Of a stretch of DNA of 64,000 bases, positions 54,432 through 63,999 are shown one piece after another; position 1 is the stretch's first letter; each line of letters starts with the position of its first letter. The stretch is from Candidatus Sulfotelmatobacter sp. Its GTDB lineage: Bacteria > Acidobacteriota > Terriglobia > Terriglobales > Acidobacteriaceae. Position numbers and translations under genes: made by a program. The notes beneath the pieces are model-generated. The model was not told the origin of the DNA. It saw only the letters and a list, made by a program, of their open reading frames with translations, and did no database searches. The DNA is taken from contig JBEKDY010000001.1 in assembly GCA_050014115.1 (NCBI GenBank), positions 2,369-66,368 of the forward strand, written 5' to 3'.

Positions 54432-54769
54432 GTCATTGAAACGAAAGAGCAGATCCCCACCCGTTTTTCGGGTCGTTCGCTGGACAGGTTCCGGACTGCC
54501 GCGCCAACAACTCGCCAGCATCAGGGATAAGCGCGACAGGAGCGTCGCCGTGTTCGCGCGCATCACTTTGCCCGCAATTCCATAAAATGCTGAATGCAAG
54601 CACGAAGTTATGGCACTGGAAAAGACTGCCCAATATCAGCGGCGTGTTAAAGTTTGATGAATTCAACACGATGCTGGCGGGGCCCGGTCGGCCAGTCGAC
54701 TCGACGCCAACCAGCGCCCCAATGTTATGCTGATTGCAATCTCTCCCGAATGAGGCCGCGGTAACTTTC

Positions 54770-56485
54770 ATGCCCAAAGTAAGCGCTCCTGAAGAACAAG
54801 CTAAGGAAGTTCAACCGAACGAAGTCCAGCCGAACCAGCCGGCCGAAGAATCGTTCGGCGCGATTTTTTCTCAGTACGAGCAGAGCCACCGCAAGGGCAG
54901 CGACGCGGGCCGAGGACGGGAAGGCACGGTGATCGCGGTGTCTGCCGATTCCGTTTTCCTCGATATCGGCTTCAAGAGCGAGGGCATACTGCCGCTGGCG
55001 ACATTCCTGGACGCCGGCGAAAAAGTAAAGCCCGGCGATAAGTTTCTGGTCAATATCAAAGGCCGTGGTCCCGAGGGCTACTACGAACTTTCCCGCGGCA
55101 AAGTGGTGCGTCCGACTGATTGGGAGTCGCTGGAGAAAGCCTTCGCGGAGAAAGCAACGATCGTGGGCACGGTGATGGGCGTAGTCAAGGGCGGCCTGAG
55201 CGTGGACGTTGGAGTTCGAGCGTTTCTGCCGGCCTCGCGCAGCGGTGCTCGCGACGCCGCGCAGATGGAGAAACTAGTCGGGCAGGAGATCCGCTGCCGC
55301 ATTACGAAGTTGGATGTGACCGAAGAAGATGTGGTGGTGGATCATCGCGCGATCGCCGAAGAGGAAGAACGCTCCACCAAGGAGCGCCGCTATTCGGCAA
55401 TGAAAGAGAGCGAGCCGGTGCATGGAACTGTCCGCAGCCTGATGGACTACGGCGCGTTCGTCGACATTGGCGGAGTCGATGCCTTGCTGCATGTTTCTGA
55501 CATTTCCTGGCAGCGCGTGACCAAACCGGCCGATGTGCTCTCCGTGGGGCAGGAGATCGACGCCGTGGTTCTGAAAGTTGATCCCGACAAGAAGCGCATT
55601 TCCATCGGCATGAAGCAGCTCCAGCCGCATCCCTGGGATGCAGCGGTTGGAAAATTTAACGCGGGAGAGCGCGTGCGCGGCACCGTCACTCGCGTGGCTG
55701 ACTTCGGAGCGTTCGTGGAATTGGAACCGGGGATTGAAGGCCTAATCCACATCTCGGAAATGTCTTGGACCCGGAAGGTGCGAAGCGTCTCTGAGGTCGT
55801 GAAGCCAGGCGACACGGTGGAGGCCGTGATTCTGGCGGTGAGCCTCGGAGAACGCCGCATTTCGTTGGGACTGAAGCAGGCGCTGGGCGATCCCTGGGCC
55901 ACGGCGGCGCAGCAGTTCGCGGTGGGATCAGTGATCGAAGGGCCCGTGCTCAGCCTCACAAAGTTTGGCGCTTTTGTTCAGCTGGCCGAGGGCGTCGAAG
56001 GTATGATCCACATCAGCGACTTGAGCGCCGAGAAGCGCATTCAACATCCCGCGGACGTGCTTAAGGTTGGGCAATCCGTGAAAGCGCAGGTGCTCGAGGT
56101 CGACACGGAGAAGCGGCGGCTGCGGCTGGGGATCAAGCAACTGGTTCCGACCAGCATCGATGAGTACATGGCCGAGCACCACGAAAAGGATGTCGTTTCG
56201 GGCCGGGTGATTGAGGTGCTGGGCGGGCAGGCACGGGTGGAACTCGGGGAAGGAATCATCGGCACGTGCCACATTTCCGATCAAGCTCCGGCAGCGGAAG
56301 AGAAAGCGGCTACCGCGAAGGCAGATCTCTCGTCGCTCAGCTCCATGCTGCAGAATCGCTGGAAGGGCGGGGAGAGCAGCGCGAAGTCGAAGCCGGAAGC
56401 CATTCAGTCCGGGCAGGTTCGTAGCTTTCGAATTACGAAACTGGATCGCGAAGCAAAGAAGATTGAGCTGGAGTTAGCGACGTAG
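54770..56485 (+). CDS. rpsA: 30S ribosomal protein S1
   Basis: Six S1/OB repeats (G.V..V...G.FVD.G....G..H.S). 571 aa from the ATG at 54770. The track ORF begins 12 codons earlier. Confidence 0.92.
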   Translation: MPKVSAPEEQAKEVQPNEVQPNQPAEESFGAIFSQYEQSHRKGSDAGRGREGTVIAVSADSVFLDIGFKSEGILPLATFLDAGEKVKPGDKFLVNIKGRGPEGYYELSRGKVVRPTDWESLEKAFAEKATIVGTVMGVVKGGLSVDVGVRAFLPASRSGARDAAQMEKLVGQEIRCRITKLDVTEEDVVVDHRAIAEEEERSTKERRYSAMKESEPVHGTVRSLMDYGAFVDIGGVDALLHVSDISWQRVTKPADVLSVGQEIDAVVLKVDPDKKRISIGMKQLQPHPWDAAVGKFNAGERVRGTVTRVADFGAFVELEPGIEGLIHISEMSWTRKVRSVSEVVKPGDTVEAVILAVSLGERRISLGLKQALGDPWATAAQQFAVGSVIEGPVLSLTKFGAFVQLAEGVEGMIHISDLSAEKRIQHPADVLKVGQSVKAQVLEVDTEKRRLRLGIKQLVPTSIDEYMAEHHEKDVVSGRVIEVLGGQARVELGEGIIGTCHISDQAPAAEEKAATAKADLSSLSSMLQNRWKGGESSAKSKPEAIQSGQVRSFRITKLDREAKKIELELAT

Positions 56486-56519
56486 TCCGGCCCAGAATTT
56501 TGCGGACTAAGGTTTCGGA

Positions 56520-57911
56520 CTAGGGTTGAGTGTAGGTCGATCGCTTGAGAAATTCGCCCGCTCCGGGTCGCCCGAGAAACTTGTCCGCCTCAACAATCAC
56601 GCGCCCGCGTGAGAGCACTACGTCAGGCATCCCCGTGACTTCGATTCCCTCGAACATGGAGTAGTCCACGCGCATGTGATGCGACTTGGCGCTGATCGTG
56701 TGCTTGCGGTCAGGATCAAAAATAACAAGATCAGCGTCGCTACCCACCGCGATCGTGCCCTTACGCGGGTAGAGTCCGAAGAGCTTCGCGGGAGTCGTGG
56801 AAACCAGTTCGACAAACCGGTTGACGCTGAAGCGGCCGCCGGCGACGCCGCCGGAATAGATCAGACTCATCCGGTGTTCGACCCCAGGACCGCCATTGGG
56901 AATCTTGGTGAAGTCACCGATCCCCATTTCCTTTTGCTCCTTGAAGCAGAACGGGCAGTGATCGGTGGAAACCACCTGCAGGTGATCGCGCGTCAAGCCC
57001 TGCCATAATTTTTCCTGATGCCATTTCTCTCGGAGCGGCGGCGTGAAAACATACTTGGCTCCTTCGAAACCGGGCACGTCCATATTTTCCAGCGACAAAT
57101 ATAAATATTGCGGGCAGGTTTCGGCATATACGGGAAGCCCGCGATCGCGAGCCTCGCGCACTTTTTCGAGAGCATCGTTGCAGCTCAGGTGCACGATGTA
57201 GACCGGTGCTCCGGCCATTTCGGCTAGCGCGATGGCTCGCGACGTGGCTTCGGCCTCGGCGGTGGTCGGCCGCGTGAGCGCGTGATACTTCGGCGCTCTC
57301 TTCCCTTCCGCCAAAGCCTGCTGCACGATCACGTCGATGGCGTTGCCATTCTCCGCGTGCATGCAAACGAGTCCGCCATTCTTGGCGGTGGCCTGGAATG
57401 CCTTGAAAATGCTGCCATCATCGAGCATGAAGACGCCGGGGTAAGCCATGAACAGCTTGAAGCTGGTCACGCCTTCGCGCACCAGGGCGTTCATTTCCTC
57501 AAGCTGCGCGTCGGCGAGATCGGTGATGATGCAGTGAAAAGAATAGTCGGCGACTGCCCTGCTGGAAGCTTTTTGCATCCAGGCGTCGAACGCGGTCCGC
57601 AGTGTTTGGCCTTTGTATTGAATGGCAAAATCGATAAGGCACGTGGTGCCCCCGAAGGCCGCGGCGCGCGTTCCAGTTTCGAAATCATCCGCGCTGGTGG
57701 TGCCTCCGAAAGGCATATCGAGGTGGGTATGCACGTCGATGCCGCCGGGAAAAACAAATCGTCCCGCAGCGTCGATAATCGTGCCCGCATTTTCGCGCGG
57801 CAGGCTGTGCCCGAGGGCGTCGATCTTGCCTTTTGTGATGGCGACATCGCCGGTGAATGTGTCGGTCGCGGTGACCACACGTCCGTTTGCGATGATGGTG
57901 TCGAAGCCCAT
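56520..57911 (-). CDS. dihydropyrimidinase / D-hydantoinase
   Basis: Cyclic amidohydrolase motifs GGIDVHTHLDMPFGG (HxH), SFKLFMAY (carbamylated Lys), HAENG and STDHCPF. Confidence 0.9.
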   Translation of the reverse strand: MGFDTIIANGRVVTATDTFTGDVAITKGKIDALGHSLPRENAGTIIDAAGRFVFPGGIDVHTHLDMPFGGTTSADDFETGTRAAAFGGTTCLIDFAIQYKGQTLRTAFDAWMQKASSRAVADYSFHCIITDLADAQLEEMNALVREGVTSFKLFMAYPGVFMLDDGSIFKAFQATAKNGGLVCMHAENGNAIDVIVQQALAEGKRAPKYHALTRPTTAEAEATSRAIALAEMAGAPVYIVHLSCNDALEKVREARDRGLPVYAETCPQYLYLSLENMDVPGFEGAKYVFTPPLREKWHQEKLWQGLTRDHLQVVSTDHCPFCFKEQKEMGIGDFTKIPNGGPGVEHRMSLIYSGGVAGGRFSVNRFVELVSTTPAKLFGLYPRKGTIAVGSDADLVIFDPDRKHTISAKSHHMRVDYSMFEGIEVTGMPDVVLSRGRVIVEADKFLGRPGAGEFLKRSTYTQP

Positions 57912-57970
57912 GACGCTTTTCCTCCTGGCCGTAGAGAATGCATTTTATGCTAAACTGCCGGACCTCTGGT

Positions 57971-58011
57971 GTTGATTCCGTCGGCGTTGATTGCGGATCG
58001 CACTTGCGGAT
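57971..58011. promoter_or_regulatory. two pairs of short direct repeats in the divergent hydantoinase/LLM promoter region
   Basis: GTTGATT occurs at 57971 and 57986 (15-bp period). TTGCGGAT occurs at 57991 and 58004 (13-bp period). Confidence 0.2.
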
Positions 58012-58033
58012 GAACGACGAGCGAGGAGGTAAA

Positions 58034-59026
58034 GTGAAATTTGGTTTCACGATCAAGCCTGACATGGCGGTGGAGCGCATCGTCGCGCTCACGCGCCAGG
58101 CGGAGGCTGCTGGCTTTGAATACGGCTGGGTCTTCGACTCGCACGTGCTGTGGCTGGAGCCTTATCCTCTGCTCACGCTGATGGCCACGAGCACAACGCA
58201 GATGCGCCTCGGCACCTGCGTGACGAATCCAGCAGTGCGCGACCTGACAGTTACTGCGAGCCTGTTTGCCACGCTTAACCTGATTTCGCATGGACGCATG
58301 CAGTTGGGCATTGGCCGGGGCGACAGCTCGCGGCGCGTTCTTGGGAAGAAGCCGGTGTCGTGGTCACAGCTCGAGCAGGCAGTGAAGACTTTTCGCGATC
58401 TCACTGCCGGGCGCGAGATTGAGTATGAGGGGCAGCCCACGCGCATCTCGTGGGCGACCGGCTCGCCTCCCGCCTGGATCGCCGGTTACGGACCCAAAGT
58501 TTTGGAATCTGCCGGTCGAGTTGCAGACGGCGTTATTCTGCAGTTCGCCGATCCCGACCTGATCGCGTGGTGTTTGGGATTCGTGAAGAAGGGCGCTGAG
58601 TCGGCGGGACGTGATCCGAGTTCGATTGAGGTGATGTCTGCCGCGCCGGTCTGGGTTTCCGATGATTTGAAAGTTGCGAGGGAGCACGTGCGCTGGTTTC
58701 CGGCGCTGGTTTCAAATCATGTCGTGGATCTGGTCTCACGCTACAAACCGGAAGAGCTGCCGCCGGCGCTGACCTCCTACATCAGCAACAAGGGGCACTA
58801 CGATTATCAGGAGCATTGCGAGGTCGACAGCGACCACTCGAAATTCGTGTCCGACGAAGTGATCGACCGCTTCTGCCTGGTTGGGCCTGTAGAAGCTCAC
58901 CGCGAAAAGCTCCGCAAGCTGGCGAGTGTGGGTGTTACTCAATTCAACATTTATCTGATGTGCGGCGAGGAAGAAGGCACGCTGGAAACGTACCGGAAAG
59001 AAGTATTGCCTTCGTTCAAGACATAG
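58034..59026 (+). CDS. LLM-class (luciferase-like) flavin/F420-dependent oxidoreductase, Mer-like
   Basis: VKFGFTIKPDMAVERIVALTRQAEAAGFEYGWVFDSHVLW...RLGTCVTNP..R...ASLFATLNLISHGRMQLGIGRGDS is the TIM-barrel LLM pattern. The GTG at 58034 is preceded by GAGGAGG. An alternative ATG lies at 58010. Confidence 0.8.
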   Translation: MKFGFTIKPDMAVERIVALTRQAEAAGFEYGWVFDSHVLWLEPYPLLTLMATSTTQMRLGTCVTNPAVRDLTVTASLFATLNLISHGRMQLGIGRGDSSRRVLGKKPVSWSQLEQAVKTFRDLTAGREIEYEGQPTRISWATGSPPAWIAGYGPKVLESAGRVADGVILQFADPDLIAWCLGFVKKGAESAGRDPSSIEVMSAAPVWVSDDLKVAREHVRWFPALVSNHVVDLVSRYKPEELPPALTSYISNKGHYDYQEHCEVDSDHSKFVSDEVIDRFCLVGPVEAHREKLRKLASVGVTQFNIYLMCGEEEGTLETYRKEVLPSFKT

Positions 59027-59056
59027 GAAGCGACGAACGCCGCCGGACCCGGAAAA

Positions 59057-60499
59057 CTACAAAGACGTTTCGGGCTGAAGAACCGTTGCTTCTCCGCGCA
59101 ACCTCATCAGCGAGTAATAAACCGCGAACGCCACCGCGAAGCCTACGAACCACGAATAGTCATATAGCGGCCGCAACGCCGGAATCACCAGCCCCACCAA
59201 TGCGGTCCCCGCGCCTGTCGCCAGCGCGATCACCGCAAGCCAGTTGAAACCGCGCGAGTATTCGTAGATTCCGCCTCGCAGGTATAGATCGTCGACGATC
59301 AATACACGCCTGCGGATCACGAAGTAATCGCAAATCATGATGCCCGCGACCGGACCGAGGAATGCCGCGTAGCCGCCCAACCATCCGAAAATGAATGTTC
59401 CGTAGCTCGCCAAAAGTTTCCACGGCATCATGGCCACGCCCACGAAGCAGGTGATCACACCGCCTGTCCGAAAACTTATTTTGCGCGGCCACAGATTGGA
59501 AAAATCGTTAGCTGGAGAAACCACGTTGGCTCCGATGTTCACGTTGAGCGTGGCCAGCAGAATCGCGAGCAGTGAGATCACGACCGCGAGTGGGGATTGA
59601 AACCGGCTGAGCAATTGCACCGGGTCCCAGATCGCGGTTCCATAGATGACCACCGTCGCCGAAGTGACGAGAATTCCGATCAGAGAATAAAGCGTCATCG
59701 TAGTGGGCAGACCGAGCGCTTGGCCGATCACCTGTTGCCGCTGGCTGCGCGCAAAGCGCGTGAAATCCGGAATGTTGAGAGACACTGTCGCCCAAAAGCC
59801 AACAGTCGCGTTCAGAGCTGGAACCAGGAATTTGAGGAACTCGGGAAAACTCGTAAATCGCGAAGGCGCGGCCAGCATCGGACCGAAACCACCCGCAGCA
59901 TGGTAGGCCCAAGCCAGCAGAAGCAGGCCCACGCCCAGAAGAACCGGCGCACTAATGCCTTGCAGAAAGCGAATGTATTCGATGCCTTTCAAAATTACAG
60001 TCAGGTTGATGAGCCAGAAAGCCAGAAAACAAATCGCGGTGCTATGCGCAAAATGCGCCCAGCCGGGGGCCAACACGCCGATCAGAGTGCTGATTGCTTC
60101 TCCCCCGATCCAGGTCTGAATTCCGAACCAGCCGCACGCTACCAGCGCGCGTAATACCGCGGCTACGTTCGCTCCCAGAACTCCAAACGACGCACGCGCC
60201 AACACTGGAAAAGGCACTCCGTAGCGCGCTCCGGGATGCGAGTTCAGCAGCATCGGAATCAGCACAATGCTGTTGCCGAGGAAAACCGTGATCACCGCCT
60301 GCTTCCAGTTCATCCCGCCCTGGATCAGGCTCGCGGCCAGCATATAAGTAAGGATGTTGACCGACATCGATACCCACAGCGCGGCAAAATTGTAGGTACC
60401 CCAGGTGCGGCGGTCGCTGGTAGCGGGCGCCAGGTCGGGGTTGTAGAGTGGGCTGGATTCGATTCGGGATGCTTGCAATTTTCGTGCGCTCGTCGTCAT
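59057..60499 (-). CDS. NCS1 family nucleobase/hydantoin:cation symporter
   Basis: Twelve-TM profile. The N-terminus LYNPDLAPATSDRRTWGTYNFAALWVSMSVNILTY is typical of the cytosine/uracil/allantoin/hydantoin permease family. Confidence 0.88.
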   Translation of the reverse strand: MTTSARKLQASRIESSPLYNPDLAPATSDRRTWGTYNFAALWVSMSVNILTYMLAASLIQGGMNWKQAVITVFLGNSIVLIPMLLNSHPGARYGVPFPVLARASFGVLGANVAAVLRALVACGWFGIQTWIGGEAISTLIGVLAPGWAHFAHSTAICFLAFWLINLTVILKGIEYIRFLQGISAPVLLGVGLLLLAWAYHAAGGFGPMLAAPSRFTSFPEFLKFLVPALNATVGFWATVSLNIPDFTRFARSQRQQVIGQALGLPTTMTLYSLIGILVTSATVVIYGTAIWDPVQLLSRFQSPLAVVISLLAILLATLNVNIGANVVSPANDFSNLWPRKISFRTGGVITCFVGVAMMPWKLLASYGTFIFGWLGGYAAFLGPVAGIMICDYFVIRRRVLIVDDLYLRGGIYEYSRGFNWLAVIALATGAGTALVGLVIPALRPLYDYSWFVGFAVAFAVYYSLMRLRGEATVLQPETSL

Positions 60500-60529
60500 T
60501 GGTAGTGGGCGTCGTGAACGTGCCCGCGC

Positions 60530-61423
60530 TCAGTCCGCGGCCGCCGACTCTCCGGTCTGCGCCGTCAACGGGCCGTAGGTTTCAGGACGGCGGTCGCGGA
60601 AGAACTGCCAGACTTTTCTTACTTCCTGGATCATGTCCAGGTCCAGATCGGCGGCGAGCACTTCATCTTTGTCGCGGCTGGCTTGGGCAAAAATCTTGCC
60701 GCGCGGATTGCAGAAGTAGCTCTTGCCGTAAAATTCGCCGATGTTCCAGGGTTTTTCCGTTCCCACGCGATTGATTGCGCCCACGAAATAGCCGTTGGCA
60801 GCGGCATGCGCCGGCTGCTCCAATTCCCACAAATATTCTGATAGCCCGGCCACTGTGGCCGACGGATTGAAAACAATCTCGGCCCCGTTCAACCCCAGAA
60901 CGCGCGCTCCCTCCGGAAAATGACGGTCATAACAGATGTACACGCCCACGCGCGCGTACTTTGTGCTGAACACCGGATATCCCATATCTCCCGGCGTGAA
61001 ATAAAACTTTTCCCAAAATCCAGGATGCACGTGCGGGATGTGATGCTTGCGATACTTGCCGAGATAACGGCCATCCGCATCGATCACCGCTGCGGTATTG
61101 AAATACAAACCGGGCATCTGCTCTTCGTACACTGGCACCACAATCACCATGCGATGCTTCGCCGCAAGCTTCTGCATCAACTTCGTGGTGGGGCCTTCCG
61201 GCACTCGTTCGGTCAGTTCATACCAGCGGATATCCTGCTCCGCGCAGAAATAAGGACCGTAAAACAGTTCCTGAAGGCACAGCACTTGCACTTTTTTTCG
61301 CGCCGCCTCGGCGATCAACTTGCGATGCTTGTCGATCATCGCCTTCTTGATTTCCGGCAGCGAGTGGCTGCTGCCGAGAACGTTATGAGCCTGAATCAGG
61401 CCGCAGCGCACGATCCGAGACAT
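60530..61423 (-). CDS. beta-ureidopropionase / N-carbamoyl-amino-acid amidohydrolase (nitrilase superfamily)
   Basis: CN-hydrolase catalytic triad contexts: CLQELF (Glu), KYRKHHIP (Lys) and GVYICYDRHFPE (Cys). The stop lies 30 nt upstream of the NCS1 start. Confidence 0.82.
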   Translation of the reverse strand: MSRIVRCGLIQAHNVLGSSHSLPEIKKAMIDKHRKLIAEAARKKVQVLCLQELFYGPYFCAEQDIRWYELTERVPEGPTTKLMQKLAAKHRMVIVVPVYEEQMPGLYFNTAAVIDADGRYLGKYRKHHIPHVHPGFWEKFYFTPGDMGYPVFSTKYARVGVYICYDRHFPEGARVLGLNGAEIVFNPSATVAGLSEYLWELEQPAHAAANGYFVGAINRVGTEKPWNIGEFYGKSYFCNPRGKIFAQASRDKDEVLAADLDLDMIQEVRKVWQFFRDRRPETYGPLTAQTGESAAAD

Positions 61424-61534
61424 GGAAGTGACCTCCGAAAGAGGCCAATATAGCAGAGTCGGGCGCTAGCTCCTGCAAGAAATCAGGCCGTGCCAAAACA
61501 ACGAAGTCGTCTGCGAATCTGCAATCGTCCACGC

Positions 61535-63306
61535 TCACTTCACAAAGTGCAACCCATGCGGCACAAAGGACTGGAAGACGTAGGCGTACAACAAAACGAT
61601 AATTCCCACGATCGCCCCGAGCGCCACCGAATGCCACGCCACGAAGCGGAAGATGATGCCCTCGTTGCCGACCTGTTCAGTGGCCGCCGTCGCAATCGTA
61701 ATGGATTGAGCGTCCACCATTTTCCCCATCACTCCGCCGGCGCTGTTGGCCGCGCACATCAGCACCGGGTCGATGCCGAGTTGTTGCGACGTGATACGCT
61801 GCAAACTTCCGAAGAGTGTATTCGAAGATGTGTCACTTCCTGTGAGGGCAACACCCAGCCAGCCCAGAAACGTTCCGAAGAATGGATAAAACCATCCCGT
61901 CCGTGTAAAAGCCAGGCCCAGCACGGCGTCCAGCCCCGAATAGCGCGTCACATAACCCAGGCCCAGCATGAATGAGATCGCGACCATGGCCAGCCGCATC
62001 CGCACCAGAGTCTTGCCAAAGATTTTCAGCAGCTGCACCGGGCCCAAACCAAGCAGAAACCCGGACGCAACGGCAGCGAGAAAACATGCCGTCCCCGTTG
62101 CGGAGAGCCAGTTGAAATCGTAGCGCGCAGCCTCTGGCGTGGGCTTTGTGACGACCGGCGCCGTGCGATACACCACATTGTGAAGGTAAGGAACATCCCA
62201 CCCGGGCGCGCCCGGCCTTACTTTGCCATCTGGAAGAACGACTCGAAATGCCGGCGTGGTCGCCTGATTCATTGCCAGTTTGATCGAAGGCAATCCCCAG
62301 AGAAAAACAAAAAGTGACAAAACGGCAAAAGGCATCCACGCTTTCAAAACCTGGCCTGCGGTGTAGCTGCGCGCTTTGACGTAGCCATCGAATTTCTCAG
62401 CAGCCCATTCGCCGCCCATCTGGTCGCTGGTTACTCCGGTGGGCGGAGGAAGCGCCGGTACTTTGTCGTCGTAATCGAAGCGCCAGATTCGCTTCGGCTT
62501 CCAGAACCGGAGAAACGTGACCACGGCGATAATCGAGATCACGCCTCCCATAATGTCGACGAGATTGCTGTCGACGTAATTCGACCAGAAAAATTGCGTG
62601 AGAGAAAATGAAAAACCCACCACCAGAATGGGAGGAAGAACCTCGAAAGTCTCCTTCCAGCCGACCATCGTGCGCACCAGCCAAAAAGGAACGATCACGG
62701 CAGTGAAAGGAAGGATGCGCCCGATCATGGCACTCAGATCAGATTCCGGCAGCGCGGTGACGGCAGCGAGCGCGTGCACCGGAGTACCGATTGCGCCCCA
62801 CGCAACTGGAGCGGTATTCGCGATCAGATTCAGGGCCGCGGCGTGGAACGGCTTGAAGCCGAGTCCGATCATGAACGCGCCGGCAATCGCAACCGGTGCG
62901 CCAAAGCCTGCCGCACCTTCAATGAATGCTCCGAAGCAAAATGCGACTAACAAAACCTGCAGCCGGCGGTCCGGCGTGATTCCCGCGACCGACTCTTTCA
63001 TGATCTCGAACTGACCCGTCTCGACGGAGATGTCGTAGAGGTACACAGCGGCCAGAACGAGATCCAGGCAATCTTCAGCAGACCGAATGCAACGCCATAA
63101 CCGAAGCTGATCGCGGCCAGAGCCAGCGGCATCTTGAAGAATGCGATGGCGACCGCCATTGCGGTCAGAGCTCCAGCCATCGCGCACCAGTGAGGCTTCA
63201 CTTTAAATCCAGCCAGCAGGCTAAACAGCACGATGATCGGTAGAGCGGCGATCAGAGTGGAAAGCCACCAGTGTCCGACCGGATCGTAGATCTGTGTCCA
63301 CTGCAT
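61535..63306 (-). pseudogene. lctP: L-lactate permease (LctP/LldP family) interrupted by an apparent 1-nt frameshift near 63060
   Basis: The N-terminal 82 codons (MQWTQIYDPVGHWWLSTLIAALPII...GLLKIAWI) are in one frame. The rest (LVLAAVYLYDISVETGQFEIMKESVAGITPDRRLQVLLVAFCFGAFIEGAAGFGAPVAI...) is in another. Together they are colinear with E. coli LldP ([24 protein letters not shown]). Confidence 0.8.
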
Positions 63307-63415
63307 GACAGCCTCCTCGCGAACGGAGCCTGAAGCATCAGCAGGTTCAACTGTGTTTCTCAATCGTTACGGAAGTGCGTAATAAGTGAGCGAAGCAAAG
63401 TTCGTTACAGCAGAA

Positions 63416-63999
63416 TCAGCTCTCCCAACTTTTCGGAACATTCACGTAAGAACGATCCAGCGCGGAGATCGACGCGCAACCGAGCAGCTTGAGCGTCCGA
63501 TCCAGGTCGGTGCGCAGGATCTCGATGGCGCGGTTGACGCCAGCTTCACCCGCGGCGGCCAGACCGTAGGCATAAGCGCGCCCGCACAACACGGCATTGG
63601 CGCCGAGGCAGATAGCCTTGACGATGTCCGTACCGCGGCGAATGCCCCCATCCATCCATACTTCGATCTGACCACTGACCGCCTTGACCACTTCCGGCAG
63701 CGCACGCAATGAGGCCGGAACGCAATCCAGCTGGCGTCCGCCGTGATTCGATACCGATATCGCCGCCGCGCCTTCGTCAATCGCACGACGCGCATCGTCC
63801 CCGGTCAGCACTCCCTTGACCACGATCGGACCTTGCCAATGTTCGCGAATCCAGCGCAGGTCAGCCCAGGTCACGGTGGACTCGGCCAGCGCGGCGCTGA
63901 CATCGACGAGCGGCAGTGGGCCTTTGCCCGGAACCACAACATTCGCAAGCGTGGGCAGGCCGCCATCCAGCAGATAGCGCGTGAGCCATCCGGGACGCG
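63416..63999 (-). CDS. FMN-dependent alpha-hydroxy-acid dehydrogenase/oxidase (L-lactate dehydrogenase LldD-like), 5' end beyond window
   Basis: Motifs SNHGGRQLD and VWMDGGIRRGTDIVKAICLGANAVLCGRAYAYGLA. The frame stays open to the window edge. Confidence 0.85.
   Translation of the reverse strand, partial: RPGWLTRYLLDGGLPTLANVVVPGKGPLPLVDVSAALAESTVTWADLRWIREHWQGPIVVKGVLTGDDARRAIDEGAAAISVSNHGGRQLDCVPASLRALPEVVKAVSGQIEVWMDGGIRRGTDIVKAICLGANAVLCGRAYAYGLAAAGEAGVNRAIEILRTDLDRTLKLLGCASISALDRSYVNVPKSWES

Noticed and set aside
54433-54777. 114-aa minus-strand ORF, and the 61-aa ORF at 54414-54599, in the gap upstream of rpsA
   Set aside because: No ribosome-binding site and no recognisable motif. 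The longer ORF's start would overlap the rpsA start codon, and its composition is not protein-like.
61474-61496. Perfect sigma-54 -24 element TGGCACG on the minus strand upstream of the beta-ureidopropionase gene
   Set aside because: The nearest TTGCA lies 10 nt after TGGCACG rather than the required 4 nt. The -24/-12 spacing is wrong, so a functional sigma-54 promoter is unlikely.
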